Shown here piece after piece: positions 11,615-23,989 of a stretch of 47,781 nt of DNA. The notes beneath the pieces were generated by a model. It ran no database searches, was not told the DNA's origin, and worked only from the letters and a program-made list of their open reading frames with translations. Source of the DNA: Octopus bimaculoides (Eukaryota); contig NC_068986.1 of the NCBI RefSeq assembly GCF_001194135.2, positions 50,134,188 to 50,181,968 of the forward strand, read 5' to 3'. Made by a program: the position numbers and the translations under genes. Numbering within the stretch: position 1 is the first letter of the stretch; each line of letters starts with the position of its first letter.

Positions 11615-11995
11615 TTCATTTTCTGTCAACTAAATCCTCTCACATGACTTCAGTCAGCCCAAGGCTATAGTAGAAGACACTTGCCCAAGATGCCACACAG
11701 TGGGACTGAACCCAGAACCATGTGATTGGGAAGCAAACTTCTTATTTCTTTCTTGCCCACAAGGGGCTAAACATAGAGGGGACAAACAAGGACAGACAAA
11801 CGGATTAAGTCGATTATATCGATCCCAGTGTGTAACTGGTACTTATTTAATCGACCCCGAAAGGATGAAAGGCAAAGTCGACCTCGGCAGAATTTGAACT
11901 CAGAACGTAGAGGCAGACAAAATACCACCCGGTGTGCTAACGTTTCTGCCAGCTTGCCAGAAGCAAACTTCTTACCACACAGCTACACCTGTACC
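11615..11995 (-). mobile_element. SINE family C 5' part, interrupted by a B2 insertion
   Basis: C sequence resumes after the insert; 15-bp TSD gaagcaaacttctta at 11730-11744 and 11960-11974. Confidence 0.85.
11745..11959 (-). mobile_element. SINE family B2 (B head/body, different tail)
   Basis: Tail reverse complement ttaatccgtttgtctgtccttgtttgtccc...gccccttgtgggcaagaaagaaa; 15-bp TSD. Confidence 0.9.
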
Positions 11996-12123
11996 AGCTC
12001 TTTCTGTTCCTTTTTCTTCATTTGACATTCTATCCCAGAGCATATTTATCCCGTCTCAGTGTCACACTAGCATCAAGTTGGAACTAAATAAGCGCCCTTC
12101 CTTAAATTCTCCTTTGTGTTCTT

Positions 12124-12275
12124 AGAGGCTGTTTTATTGAGAAGCTGGCTTCCAAATCACATAGTTTTGGGTTCTATCCCACTCTGTGCGACTTTCACTT
12201 ACAGTTTTCAACTGCAGCCCTGGGCTAACCAAATCCTTGTGTGTGGATTTTTCGGCAAAAACTGGGAAAAGCCTG
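12124..12275 (+). mobile_element. Degenerate SINE family C 5' part
   Basis: gggttctatcccact...gggctaaccaaatccttgtgtgtggattt. Confidence 0.65.
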
Positions 12276-12479
12276 TTGTATAACATTCAAATAGTATTTA
12301 CTCAATTGCCTGAAACAATACACAGCAAATCAATCATAAACTATTTTTATTCAAAATTGATGTGCATTTAAACATATTATTATCAAAGATTTATTTTAAT
12401 AAAATTTAAATCAAACAAATATAATAATACATACTAATTTTAATTATTAATACAATGAAAACATCGTATTTGTGTGTGT

Positions 12480-12685
12480 CTGTGTGTTTTTGTATGTGAT
12501 TGCCCTCACCACAGCTTGGCAACCTGTACTGGTTTGTTTACATCCCCCATAATCTAGTGGTTTGGCAGAAGGGACTGACAGAATTAGGTACCAGATTTTT
12601 AAAAAATATATAAAGTACTGGTATCATCTTGTTCCACCACCCTTCAAGGTGGTGCCCCAGCGTGGCCATAGTCCAACGAATGAAA
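12480..12685 (+). mobile_element. Degenerate SINE family C 3' module
   Basis: gcttggcaacc..tggtttgtttacatcccc...ggtgccccagcgtggcc. Confidence 0.7.
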
Positions 12686-13077
12686 CCAGTAAAATGATAT
12701 ACACACACATCCACATCCTCACCATCACATTAACCAACCGCCACCCCTACTACTGCTACTTTGATTCCACTCCAGCCCAATCTAGTCAACAGTCAATGTT
12801 CCACACTCTGTTGTTTACTATAATTCATCAGTGTCCTAATTTAGTGTCCTTATTACCTTCACCACTCCCCCATCTATTCAACATACATATTTTACTATTC
12901 TTTCACCTAGAAATGTCTATATTTTCACACCTTCGTCAGTAGCGCAGCCATCATCTGTCTGCTGGCTTGCATTACCACTGTGATCACCTTGGTTGCTTCC
13001 TGTTGAGTACTACAGCTATAAGAGAATGAATACATACACACTCACTGAAAGGTTCCTTGTTTTGGGTAAAAGAAAGT

Positions 13078-13250
13078 ACAGGAGGATCAGTAAATTATGA
13101 TTTTATTCAACATATCCCCCTCTCAGATTCACACACTTACTGCAGGGATCTGTCAGTTTTACTAGGCCCTGTAAAAGAACTCAAAAGGTTGGGCCTCCAG
13201 CCAGGCCTTGTGTGATACCCTTGAAGACAGAAACTTTTCAGCACCCCCTA
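13078..13250. mobile_element. Possible mariner-like terminal fragment
   Basis: ttttattcaacatatccccctctcagattcacacacttactgcag resembles mariner subterminal sequence from memory; no partner TIR found. Confidence 0.35.
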
Positions 13251-13254
13251 ATGT

Positions 13255-13442
13255 AGTTTCTCAGACTGATTTCAATGTGACACAGAATGTGACAAAGTTG
13301 GCCCTTTGAAATACTCCTACAACTCATTTTTATCAGCTGAGTGGACAGACGGGAGTAATGTGAAATAACGTGTATTGATCAATATTGAACTCATGCCCTT
13401 ACAGTTGTGAGCCAAATAACCCAGCCACTAAGCTACGCACCT
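13255..13442 (-). mobile_element. Degenerate SINE family A2
   Basis: gtgacacagaatgtgacaa..tggccctttgaaata...actcatttttatcagctgagtggac. Confidence 0.7.
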
Positions 13443-13537
13443 ACGCAAATACATATAGTACACACACACACACACACACACAATAATACAAACATACTAC
13501 TATATGTAAAAGTGTATGTGCACATATATATATTTTT

Positions 13538-13939
13538 TTATTCTTTTACTAGTTTCAGACATTTGATGGCAGTCATGCTGTAGCACCACCTTGAAAGGTT
13601 TTAGATGAACAAATCAACCCAGGACTTTTTTTAAGCCTAGTATTTATTCTATCAGTGTCTTTTGCTGAACTACTAAGTTACAGGGATGTAAACACACCAA
13701 CACTAGTTGTCAAGGGATGATGGGAGAACAAACACAGGCATGAACAGACATACATCCAAATATACATATGTGTGTGTGTATATATATATATACACATGCA
13801 ACAAGCTTCTTTCAGTTTCTGTCTATCAAATCCACTCACAAGGCTTTGGTCAGCCCGAGGCTATAGTAGGAGACACTTGCTGAAGGTGCCACGCAATGGG
13901 ACTGAACCCAGAACCATGTGGTTGGAAAGCAAGCCACGC

Positions 13940-13943
<4 letters not shown>
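13538..13943 (-). mobile_element. SINE family C, near full length
   Basis: Reverse complement matches 10432-10845. Confidence 0.9.
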
Positions 13944-14013
<70 letters not shown>

Positions 14014-14264
14014 TGATAAGATGAGATTCATCATTAAAGCCGATAATATTCTATATTTTCTTGATATAATTTATAAATCATTTTATCAAATTCTTTCTAA
14101 ATTGAAATGTCTTAGATTTACTTCTATGCTATTTTCACCTCCATCTTTTATATATAAAAATAATAATAATAATAGGGATAAAAATCCAAAGTTACAGGTA
14201 AAAACTCAATTAAATTCAATTTATAAAAAGTTTCACAGTTCTTTTCCCTAAAACTATATATATA

Positions 14265-14541
14265 TCATCATCATCATCATCATCGTTTAACGTCCGCTTT
14301 CCATGCTAGCATGGGTTGGACGATTTGACTGAGGACTGGTGCAACCGGATGGCTACACCAGGCTCCAATCTAATTTGGCAGAGTTTCTACAGCTGGATGC
14401 CCTTCCTAACGCCAACCACTCAGAGAGTGTAGTGGGTGCTTTTACGTGTCACCCGCACGAAAACGGCCACGCTCGAAATGGTGTCTTTTATGTGCCACCC
14501 GCACAAGGGCCAGTCCAGGGGCACTGGCAACGATCTCGCTC
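14265..14541 (-). mobile_element. Family E, RTE-like 3' end with (GAT)n tail
   Basis: (CAT)n gtttaacgtccgctttccatgctagc...ctacagctggatgcccttcctaacgcc. Confidence 0.8.
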
Positions 14542-14747
14542 ACATGGAAATGTTCTCTATGTGGCCTGTGTGTTTTCTGTACTCTGTTCCTCATTTTGTC
14601 TGTTTTGTTTGCAACGTCCTGTACCCAGATATGCGTCTATATATACAGGTAGATGTTGGTATGTACATACATGTACGTATATATGCATATACTCATTTAT
14701 TATTTATATATATATATATATATACATATACATACATACTCACACAC

Positions 14748-14780
<33 letters not shown>

Positions 14781-14787
14781 ATGTCTG

Positions 14788-15195
14788 TTTATTCTTTTAC
14801 TTGTTTTTCTGATTAGACTGCTGTTATGCTGTGACATCACCCCGGGGATGGGGTTTAGACCCAATACTTACATTACTTTGAGTCTGGAATCTTATTGTAT
14901 CAAGTCTTTTGCTGAGTTACAGGGGGTGTAAACAAACCAACACTGATTGTCGAGCACTGATCGGACAAACATCAAGACATGCATACACATGCACACACAT
15001 ATATATAGCAATTTATATACCTGTAAATATTTACATTCGTGTGTGTGTGTTTGTGTGTGTGTGTTCTCTTCAACCATATCCACCCACAATGCATTGTTCA
15101 ATGTGGAGCTTTTGTAGAAGACACTTGCTGACGGTGCAGGGCAACGAGACACTGAACCTGAAACTATGTGGTTGTAAAGTAAGCTTCTCAACTGA
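14788..15195 (-). mobile_element. Degenerate SINE family C
   Basis: 3' module about 14788-14975, microsatellite, 5' part about 15063-15195. Confidence 0.7.
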
Positions 15196-15344
15196 CATAC
15201 ATACATACATACATACATACATACAGACATGTGTGTTTATACAGGTATGTTTAAAAACATGTAACATATTTGTTGATGATACATACATACATGCATATGC
15301 ATATATATATACACACATATTTAGATAGAGATAGATATATATAC

Positions 15345-15379
<35 letters not shown>

Positions 15380-15384
15380 TATAC

Positions 15385-15446
<62 letters not shown>

Positions 15447-16056
15447 TTATATATTTATTTACACACACAAACACACAAAGAGAGAGAGAGAGAAACGGAG
15501 AAGGAAAGACAGATTGAATGAGTGTGCGTGTGTGTGTGTGCGTGTGTGTGCGTAATGATGTGAAGCAGAGAAGAAAAAGGTAAAATGTAACAGAGATTGT
15601 TTTCGGTACGTTTTGCTGGGGGAGAAAACGAGAAAGTAGTAGTAGTAGTAGTGGTAGTGGTAGTAAAAACAAAATTAGTTGTTGATGTTGAGGTGTGGGA
15701 AGAGGAGATTTTTGAGACGGAGATTGCTTGACACCACAAACACACACACACACACATACATACATACATCTATATATACACTCACAGTGGCATATGTACA
15801 CGCATAAGCACTTATTGATGCACACACACATACACACAAACGTGTGTGTGTGCATATGAGATAGATAGATAGACAGACAGACAGACAGTGTGTGTGTGTA
15901 CAAGTTTATGCATGTACACATTTGTGTATGCATACATTCACACACCTGCACATATTTTTAGCAATATATACACACGCACTCATATGCGTACATGTATACT
16001 AGCAGACAAGGTCATTGACTTACATACTCTAGCTCACATCCTTACGAAATTATATA

Positions 16057-16092
<36 letters not shown>

Positions 16093-17011
16093 TTTTTAAA
16101 AATGAAGAAATATTTGATGAATTTACTGAAGATGCGACATGAAGTGGGGGTGAGGTGCAAGAGAAAGATATAACTTCATTGAATATGCGATGGAGATGGT
16201 AGTGGTGGAGGCATTTGGACCGACGGAGAATTAACGAGGAATTAACATTTGGACCGACATGCTAGAATTAACCACTTTAAAAAGGAAAGTGTTTTTAAAG
16301 GTAGAGGGACTGAGCATAAAAGCAAAAAAAGGCGCTGGGACTCGTATCAAGCAATGTTTAACTCCATTTCTCTTATTTTATGCGAAATATTTCATTAGTT
16401 GTACTTATACATAGTTGTGTTCTACATTCATGGATTGCATGTTTCAGTAACAATGTCATGATATAGGTATGGCATGAAATAGATGAAACTCCACAGGATC
16501 GTCGAGTGGCGAGAGGTTATGAAATGAGGGTTGTTTGTTTTGGTTCTTCAGGTGTCAGCGGCCTCTGACATATCACAGGAGTTTGAGCAGACAGTTTAAA
16601 AATACAGGAGGTTGGTTAAATAAAGTAATGACTTCAGAAAGTTCTTTTCAAGGCCGTGTGATTAACAACAACAAAGAGAGATTCTACTTTTATCGCACAA
16701 CTGAACTATAGAGTATTAAAAAAAAACTTGAAAAGACGACAATTTCGTAAAAACGCCGGGGACAGCGGTCGATCACTTTGCTTCCCTATTAGCTATGCCA
16801 CGGGTAGGACTTGGTCCTAGATGTGACCCTAGGTGCACTATCTTTGAGAAAATGACTAGATAACCACAGGATCAGAAATGAAAAGGGTAGCGTCGTAGAT
16901 AGGAGGGATTCGAGGGGTGGTGGCACACTCTGGGAGTGGTACTTTTAGGTCAGCTGCATCAACGCCTGTAGAGACTTGAGACACCCGGGTGGGGGCGCAA
17001 ATCACTGTAGG

Positions 17012-17405
17012 TGTGTGTGTGTGTGTGTTGGCACTCGGTCGCTTACGACGTCGAGGGTTCCAGTTGATCCGATCAACGGAACAGCCTGCTCGTGAAATTA
17101 ACGTGCAAGTGGCTGAGCACTCCACAGACACGTGTACCCTTGACGTAGTTCTCGGGGATATTCAGCGTGACACAGTGTGACAAGGCTGACCCTTTGAATT
17201 ACAGGCACAACAGAAACAGGAAGTAAGAGTGAGAGAAAGTTGTGGTGGAAGAGTACAGCAGGGTTCGCCATCATCCCCTGCCGAAGCCTCGTGGAGCTTT
17301 AGGTGTTTTCGCTCAATAAACACTCACAACGCCCAGTCTGGGAATCGAAACCGTGATCCTATGACCGCGAGTCCGCTGCCCTAACCACTGGGCCATTGCG
17401 CTTCC
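17012..17405 (-). mobile_element. SINE family A, full length, (CA)n tail, 9-bp TSD
   Basis: TSD cactgtagg at 17003-17011 and 17409-17417; A and B boxes in the reverse complement. Confidence 0.93.
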
Positions 17406-17559
17406 AGACACTGTAGGCATGCCACTGAAAAATGTAATACGAACGGTGACAGCCTAGCTTCTCAACAAACGGCGACCAGCTCCTGGAGGAGCCCTCAAGG
17501 CCCTGTGCATTTTTGAGGGGGTAATCCGACCACAGTAACAACAACAATTTATGAAATAA

Positions 17560-17730
17560 GGCTAGCAGAATATGATTAAAGACGTTCCATCTATGGTCAC
17601 CCAGTCATATTCTTAACATAGTGCCATAGCGTATCTAGGACTACATAATCCAATATGTCCTTCCTTTTTTAAAGTGGTTTAATGTTGCTGCTATTTCTAG
17701 CATACTACACAACCTCATACAGGCCTCTCC
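17560..17730 (-). mobile_element. Family D
   Basis: gacgttccatctatggtcaccc...ataatccaatatgtccttcc...gctgctatttctagca. Confidence 0.6.
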
Positions 17731-18054
17731 GTTCGATCTTCTAATTACTTCTCAGGTACTTGTTTTAATTACAATCAGAGGACACCTCAGAGTATAAAGA
17801 AAAATGCAGGTTGTGTTTTTTTTTTTAATTTTCATTTCATTTATTTATCGACTTTGTCTTCCACTTGTGTCAGCCATTAGACTGCGGCCATGCTGGGGCA
17901 CTTATATATTTATTTATTTGGCGCGTGGTGGGGGTGTGTTGGTCCCGTTTACCAATGGTAGAATAATGAAGAATAGATTGCAAACGAAGAATATCCAATG
18001 CATGAAGGAGCCAGTGGGATGTGGGGTGGAGCGGAAGCGGGTGAGTGGTAGGGG

Positions 18055-19110
18055 CGGATGATGATGATGATGATGATGATGAGATAAATGAAGGGGTGGG
18101 GAGTTATGCAGAAAGTGAAGCTGTGTGGTGTTGTTGAAAGGAGAGGAAATGCATGAAACTAAGGAAACATAGAAGATGGAGTTGATGATGATGATGAGCA
18201 AGATGATAGCGATGGCAATCAAAATGACGGCGATGATGATAGTAGTAGTGGTAGTGTTGGTGGTAGTGGTGGTGGTTTTGGTGATAGTGGTGGTGGTGAT
18301 GGTTTTGGTGGTGGTGGTTTTGGTGGTGGTGGTTTGGTGGTGGTTTTGGTGATAGTGGTGGTTTTGGTGGTAGTGGTGGTGGTTTTGGTGGTGGTGGTGA
18401 GCAGCATGGTAGAGATGATGATGATGATAGCATTGGCAATCACGGTGAGGGCTATGATGGTGGTAGTGGTGGTGGTGGTGGTGGTGATAACGATGATGAT
18501 TAATGATGGCGATGATGATGGTGGTGATGAGGAGGTGGAAGAGGCTGATGATGATGATGATGATGGCGGTGGTGATTATAATAGCGATGATGATGATGAA
18601 CGACGGCGATGACGATAATGATGACATTGGCGATGGTGATGATGATAGCAATGACGGTGATGATGCTGACAGTGATGATGATGATGATGATGACGACGAC
18701 ATCGACGAAAGTGATGGTTTTGGTAATCCTGATTATGATGATGACTACGATGACGTTCAGAATGATGAAAGAGATGACAAACAAAACAAAACCAAAACAA
18801 AAACAAAAAAACGCATGTAACAAAAGAGAAATAAGAATAAACATTAACAGAAAGAAAACATGGATAACCTGAAAGAGAAATGGCGGCGGCGATGATAGAA
18901 GTGGTGTTGGAGGTGGTGGTGCTGACGATGATGATGATGATAATGATGGCGGTGGTAGTGAAAAAAAAAAAGACATAGAAAACAAGAACGAGATGATGGA
19001 AGATGTATCTTCTACCATAGATCATTGCTACATGTTGTCTGCCATGGTATCCAGCTGCTAAGATGTTTTATACAACAGGGTAGTAGTGGTGGTGGTGGTG
19101 GTGGTGGCGA
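18055..19110. repeat. (GAT)n/(GGT)n/(AGT)n compound trinucleotide field
   Basis: Direct reading; source of the poly-His/Thr/Met/Asp ORFs. Confidence 0.95.
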
Positions 19111-19684
19111 TGTAGGAGAAGATTAATAGATGTTACTAGTATCTGTGGAGGTGTGTGTTTCTGAACAAGCGGGGTGGTGGTGGTGGGTGGTTGCATTAAG
19201 GGTACGCACAGACACACGCACAAACTGCAATGTAAGTAGAATATACATACATCATCAGCCGTCTACTGTCACCAATCCATCATGGTGTCTCCATTGACGA
19301 ACGGCACTGGGGGTGTTAGCTCCCCTCTCGAGCGAGTGGACTTGTTTTTTTTTTTTTTAGGGGTACCTTGTGTCGAGGTGGGGGAATGTGGGGGATAGTT
19401 CATGCAAGACTGTCTCTTAATTGTGTATGTGTGTATACACACATACACACACATATATATATATATACACATATATATTCGCACACACACACACTTACAA
19501 ACTCACACACAAACTCAGACATGCACACACACACTCGCATAATCATACACACACACACACACAATAGAGTAATCACAAAACCAAATGTGGATATTTTGAA
19601 TGCATTTAATATGAGCGTTTCAAGTAGTTATGTCCAGTACCCGCTATGTAATAATATCCTCGTCAGCTGACATTTCGATATATA

Positions 19685-19900
19685 AAGGCGTTGAGCTGTC
19701 AGAATCGTTAGCATGCCGGGCAAAATGCTTCGCGACATTTCGTCCGTCTTTATCTTCTGAGTTCCAATTCCGCCGAGGTCAACTTTGCCTTTCATCTTTT
19801 CGGGTCGATAAAAGGAGTACTAGTTGAGCACTAGGGTTGATATCATCGAGTATCTCCGACTCCCAAAATTTCAAGCTTTGTACCTGTAGGAAGAAGGAAT
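19685..19900 (+). mobile_element. SINE family B
   Basis: aggcgttgagctgtcagaatcgttagc...gaggtcaactttgcctttcatc. Confidence 0.9.
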
Positions 19901-19937
19901 GTGTTCAAATGGTGCTTTTCCTCACCTTTTCACTTCC

Positions 19938-20108
19938 GCTTAGCGGTATTTCGTCCGTCTTTACGTTCTGAGTTCAAATTCTGCCGAGGTCAACTTGTCC
20001 TTTCATCCTTTCGGGGACGATAGAATGAGTACCAGTTGTGCTCCGAGTCGACGTCATTGACTTACTCCTCACCTAAAACTACTGGCCTTGTGCCAAAATA
20101 TGAAAACA
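19938..20108 (+). mobile_element. SINE family B, 5' truncated
   Basis: gcttagcggtatttcgtccg...ggccttgtgccaaaatatgaaa. Confidence 0.88.
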
Positions 20109-20123
20109 GTATATAAAGGTATA

Positions 20124-20367
20124 GCGGAGGCGCGTGGCTTAGTTGTTAGGGTGTCAGCATCATGATCGTAAGATTGTGGTTTCGATTCCCGGACCGGGAG
20201 ACGCGTTGTGTTCTTGAGCAAAACACTTCATTTCACGTTGCTCCAGTCCACTCAGCTGGCAAAAATGACTGGCGTCCCGTCCAGCTGGTGAACACATACG
20301 CCATTGAAACCGGGAAACCGGGCCCATGAGCCTGGCTAGGCTTTAAAAGGGCGCATTTATTATTCTT
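20124..20367 (+). mobile_element. SINE family A3, 14-bp TSD
   Basis: TSD tatataaaggtata at 20110-20123 and 20368-20381; tRNA-like head GGAGGCGCGTGGCTTAGTTG...GTTTCGATTCC. Confidence 0.9.
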
Positions 20368-20413
20368 TATATAAAGGTATATAAAAATTTGCCTTGTGTA
20401 GAGCAGTTGTACA

Positions 20414-21116
20414 NNNNNNNNNNNNNNNNNNNNNNNNNNNNNNNNNNNNNNNNNNNNNNNNNNNNNNNNNNNNNNNNNNNNNNNNNNNNNNNNNNNNNNN
20501 NNNNNNNNNNNNNNNNNNNNNNNNNNNNNNNNNNNNNNNNNNNNNNNNNNNNNNNNNNNNNNNNNNNNNNNNNNNNNNNNNNNNNNNNNNNNNNNNNNNN
20601 NNNNNNNNNNNNNNNNNNNNNNNNNNNNNNNNNNNNNNNNNNNNNNNNNNNNNNNNNNNNNNNNNNNNNNNNNNNNNNNNNNNNNNNNNNNNNNNNNNNN
20701 NNNNNNNNNNNNNNNNNNNNNNNNNNNNNNNNNNNNNNNNNNNNNNNNNNNNNNNNNNNNNNNNNNNNNNNNNNNNNNNNNNNNNNNNNNNNNNNNNNNN
20801 NNNNNNNNNNNNNNNNNNNNNNNNNNNNNNNNNNNNNNNNNNNNNNNNNNNNNNNNNNNNNNNNNNNNNNNNNNNNNNNNNNNNNNNNNNNNNNNNNNNN
20901 NNNNNNNNNNNNNNNNNNNNNNNNNNNNNNNNNNNNNNNNNNNNNNNNNNNNNNNNNNNNNNNNNNNNNNNNNNNNNNNNNNNNNNNNNNNNNNNNNNNN
21001 NNNNNNNNNNNNNNNNNNNNNNNNNNNNNNNNNNNNNNNNNNNNNNNNNNNNNNNNNNNNNNNNNNNNNNNNNNNNNNNNNNNNNNNNNNNNNNNNNNNN
21101 NNNNNNNNNNNNNNNN

Positions 21117-21117
<1 letters not shown>
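20414..21117. other. Assembly gap
   Basis: N run. Confidence 1.
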
Positions 21118-21156
<39 letters not shown>

Positions 21157-21937
21157 GTGAGTGGTTCCTAAACCCTGAGATGGTTCTATGGTTTCGTGAC
21201 GTTTGCCTGTAAGAATATACGTATGCATAATATATGTATGCATATATATATATGTATATATATATATCTTCCTCAACTAAATACGAAGACATAACATAAT
21301 ATAGAACACTACTAATCTCCCATTTAATATCAGTAACCCCTATACATCCCATACACCATTCACACTGCAAATCTAGATCTTCCCTAAATTGCACCAAATC
21401 CAGAACTACTTACCTCTCTTATACATAATCTTTTTACTAAGGGACTAATAGACTTGACACCGTTCAGAATTCGGTGTATACTCAAAGCAATGACAAGTAA
21501 TATTACGAAACCGGTATGCTTTTAAATCTCTTTAACAACTCACAATAGACTTTTATTACCTTTATTCCTATTTCAGTTCATATAATTGTATATATCTATC
21601 GTTACTTTTCATAAAAAGCCTTATCTTTTTTTTTTTTTTATTTCCAATGTGCATTTTCGCTTATTTTTCTGCTTACTTTCCCCTTACATTTCCACGTGTA
21701 GTTTCTATTTTGTTTTTGTAACATATTTCAATTATATATATATAATCATGTTTCTCCCTATTTTAATTTCTTCTTTGTGATATAATTCTTGAGAAAGAAT
21801 ATATTTGCGGCTGAAGATAGCTTTATACTATCAATTATATAATGATGCAACAACTATAAAGCTTGAAACACGTGTACCGCAGAATCCTTTGTGTTCTGTT
21901 TTTATTTTTACATTTCCAATATATATATATATATATA

Positions 21938-22106
21938 NNNNNNNNNNNNNNNNNNNNNNNNNNNNNNNNNNNNNNNNNNNNNNNNNNNNNNNNNNNNNNN
22001 NNNNNNNNNNNNNNNNNNNNNNNNNNNNNNNNNNNNNNNNNNNNNNNNNNNNNNNNNNNNNNNNNNNNNNNNNNNNNNNNNNNNNNNNNNNNNNNNNNNN
22101 NNNNNN
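21938..22106. other. Assembly gap
   Basis: N run flanked by (TA)n and (CA)n. Confidence 1.
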
Positions 22107-22446
22107 ACACACACACACGTGTGTGTGTGTTGTGTTTCAGTCTTCGGACTGCGACTACTTCAAACGCCTTGAAGGGTTTTGTCGAACAAATCGACCTCAA
22201 TTCTAATGTCTTTTTTTTTTTGTTCTAGTTCTGGTTCTTATTCTGTCTCTCCTTAAGTACAATAAAAAATTTAATGCGCGCGCGTGTGTGTGCGATATAT
22301 ACACACATATGTAGTGCACACACACACGCACACATATTATACCTATACACACGTACATGTGATACATACACGCACCTCAATGTCATTCATACAAATACAT
22401 ACGTATGGCCAAAAAAAAAATCAAGTACACCTGTGATAGGTATACG

Positions 22447-22482
<36 letters not shown>

Positions 22483-22574
22483 CGTGTATGTGTTGCATAC
22501 ATATACATTCGATACAGTATGCACACACATATATAAGATATATACACTCGTACTTGTCATGCGTAATAACTTAT

Positions 22575-22901
22575 AGACGAAGGCGTGGCTGTGTGGTAGG
22601 ATGGTTGCTTCCCAGCCACATGGTTCCAGTTTCATTCTGTCTGTGTAGCACCTTGGATAAGTGTCTTCTACTATAGCCCGAGACTAACCAAAGACTTCTC
22701 AGGGGATTTGGTAGANNNNNNNNNNTACCGACTAGTTTTGCCCCTGACGTGGTTGCAACATGAGTGGGGAATATAACATGGGTCGTGTATTAGCGTGTGT
22801 ATATATATAAAGGAATAATATAAAGAGACCAATGGCAAAGGTAGAATTATATTTTATGTATAATATAATTCTACCTTTGCCATTGGTCTCTTTATCTTAT
22901 T

Positions 22902-22940
<39 letters not shown>

Positions 22941-23165
22941 CTATGAGTGTGTGTGTCTTTGTGCTTGCCCCACCGCCATCGCTTTACGACCGATGGTGGT
23001 GTGTGTTTATGATCCCGGTAACCTAGCGGTTCGACAAAAGGACCAATAGAATAAGTATTAGGTTTACAAAGAATAAGTCTTGAGGTTGATTTATTCAACA
23101 AGTAAAGCTCTGTAAGGTGGTGTTCTAACATCGTTGCAGTCAAATGATGGAAGCAAGTAAAAGAA
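22575..23165 (+). mobile_element. SINE family C, split by a 10-N gap and an extra segment carrying a palindrome
   Basis: 5' part 22575-22715, 3' module about 22940-23165. Confidence 0.8.
22820..22895. repeat. Perfect 34-bp inverted repeat, 8-nt loop
   Basis: ataaagagaccaatggcaaaggtagaattatatt (22820-22853) and its reverse complement (22862-22895). Confidence 0.97.
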
Positions 23166-23219
23166 TACAACAGTATACATCTACACATTTTCAATAAAAT
23201 ATCCTCATAAGTTATATTT

Positions 23220-23686
23220 TAGCTACTATTTCTGCAGCACACACACGCACAGACATAAGTACATACGTACAAACATGCATGCATAAATACATATATACAT
23301 GCATACATGTGCAAGTACAGACACATATAAACACCACACATCCCAAGACACGCACATACACGTTCGCAACATATATACTTACATTCGCCACACATGTAAG
23401 CCACATGCTACATACAAACACAAAATGCACTTCACGTACTTACCACATAGACTACATACACATACCACATACATGCACCACGAACGCACACACACATACA
23501 CACACACCACGAACAAACATATATACATGCACGCCCACACCACGTGCAAACACGTATATACATGCACGCACACACACCATGGTGTTTATATGTGTCTGTA
23601 CTTGCACATGTATGTATGTATGCATGCATGTTTGTATGCATGTACTTATGTCTGTGCGTATGTGTGTGCTGCAGAAATAGTAGCTA
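23220..23686. repeat. Inverted duplication of about 110 bp, spacer about 240 nt
   Basis: Arms 23220-23336 and 23580-23686 share agctactatttctgcagcacacac...acagacataagtacat...gtgcaagtacagacacatataaacacca. Confidence 0.9.
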
Positions 23687-23989
23687 TGGTGTGTGTGCGT
23701 GCATGTATATACATACCATTATATATACACGCTATACACACACACACACCACCCATACATACAGACAATATATATATACACCATTATATATATATATATA
23801 TATATATATACCATTATATATATAGATATACATACACACGCTATGCACACATACACACACACACCGCCCATATATACACACAAACCACAAAATCCTTCCC
23901 CTTCCAATTCTGCAGAGTTTAATGGATTCTAATTTTAGTTAAATGGAACATTGTGCAAGGTAAAACTTCATTAAATTGGTTACAGACAA

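Noticed and set aside
12905-12945. Minus-strand CTGACGAAG..GAAA resembling a second hammerhead
   Set aside because: No helix II pairing and no NUH site with a matching helix I
16100-16700. Protein-like snippets (WHEIDETPQDRRVARGYEMR, VSAASDISQEFEQTV) and AG|GT-like sites
   Set aside because: Short frames with stops, weak splice signals and no recognisable family
16856-17547. ORFs containing RINWNP/RRGFQLIRSTEQPAREINV repeated at 35.3-35.8, 41.8-42.0 and 43.1-43.4 kb
   Set aside because: Translations of the family A SINE 3' module, not paralogous genes
17914-19025. 262-aa Ser/His/Thr-rich ORF and overlapping ORFs
   Set aside because: Open on both strands in several frames because of trinucleotide repeats; no domain and no splice context
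21405-21520. Minus-strand GAG|gtaagt donor after the hydrophobic stretch FVILLVIALSIHR
   Set aside because: Weak acceptor and an AT-rich composition that yields hydrophobic residues by chance
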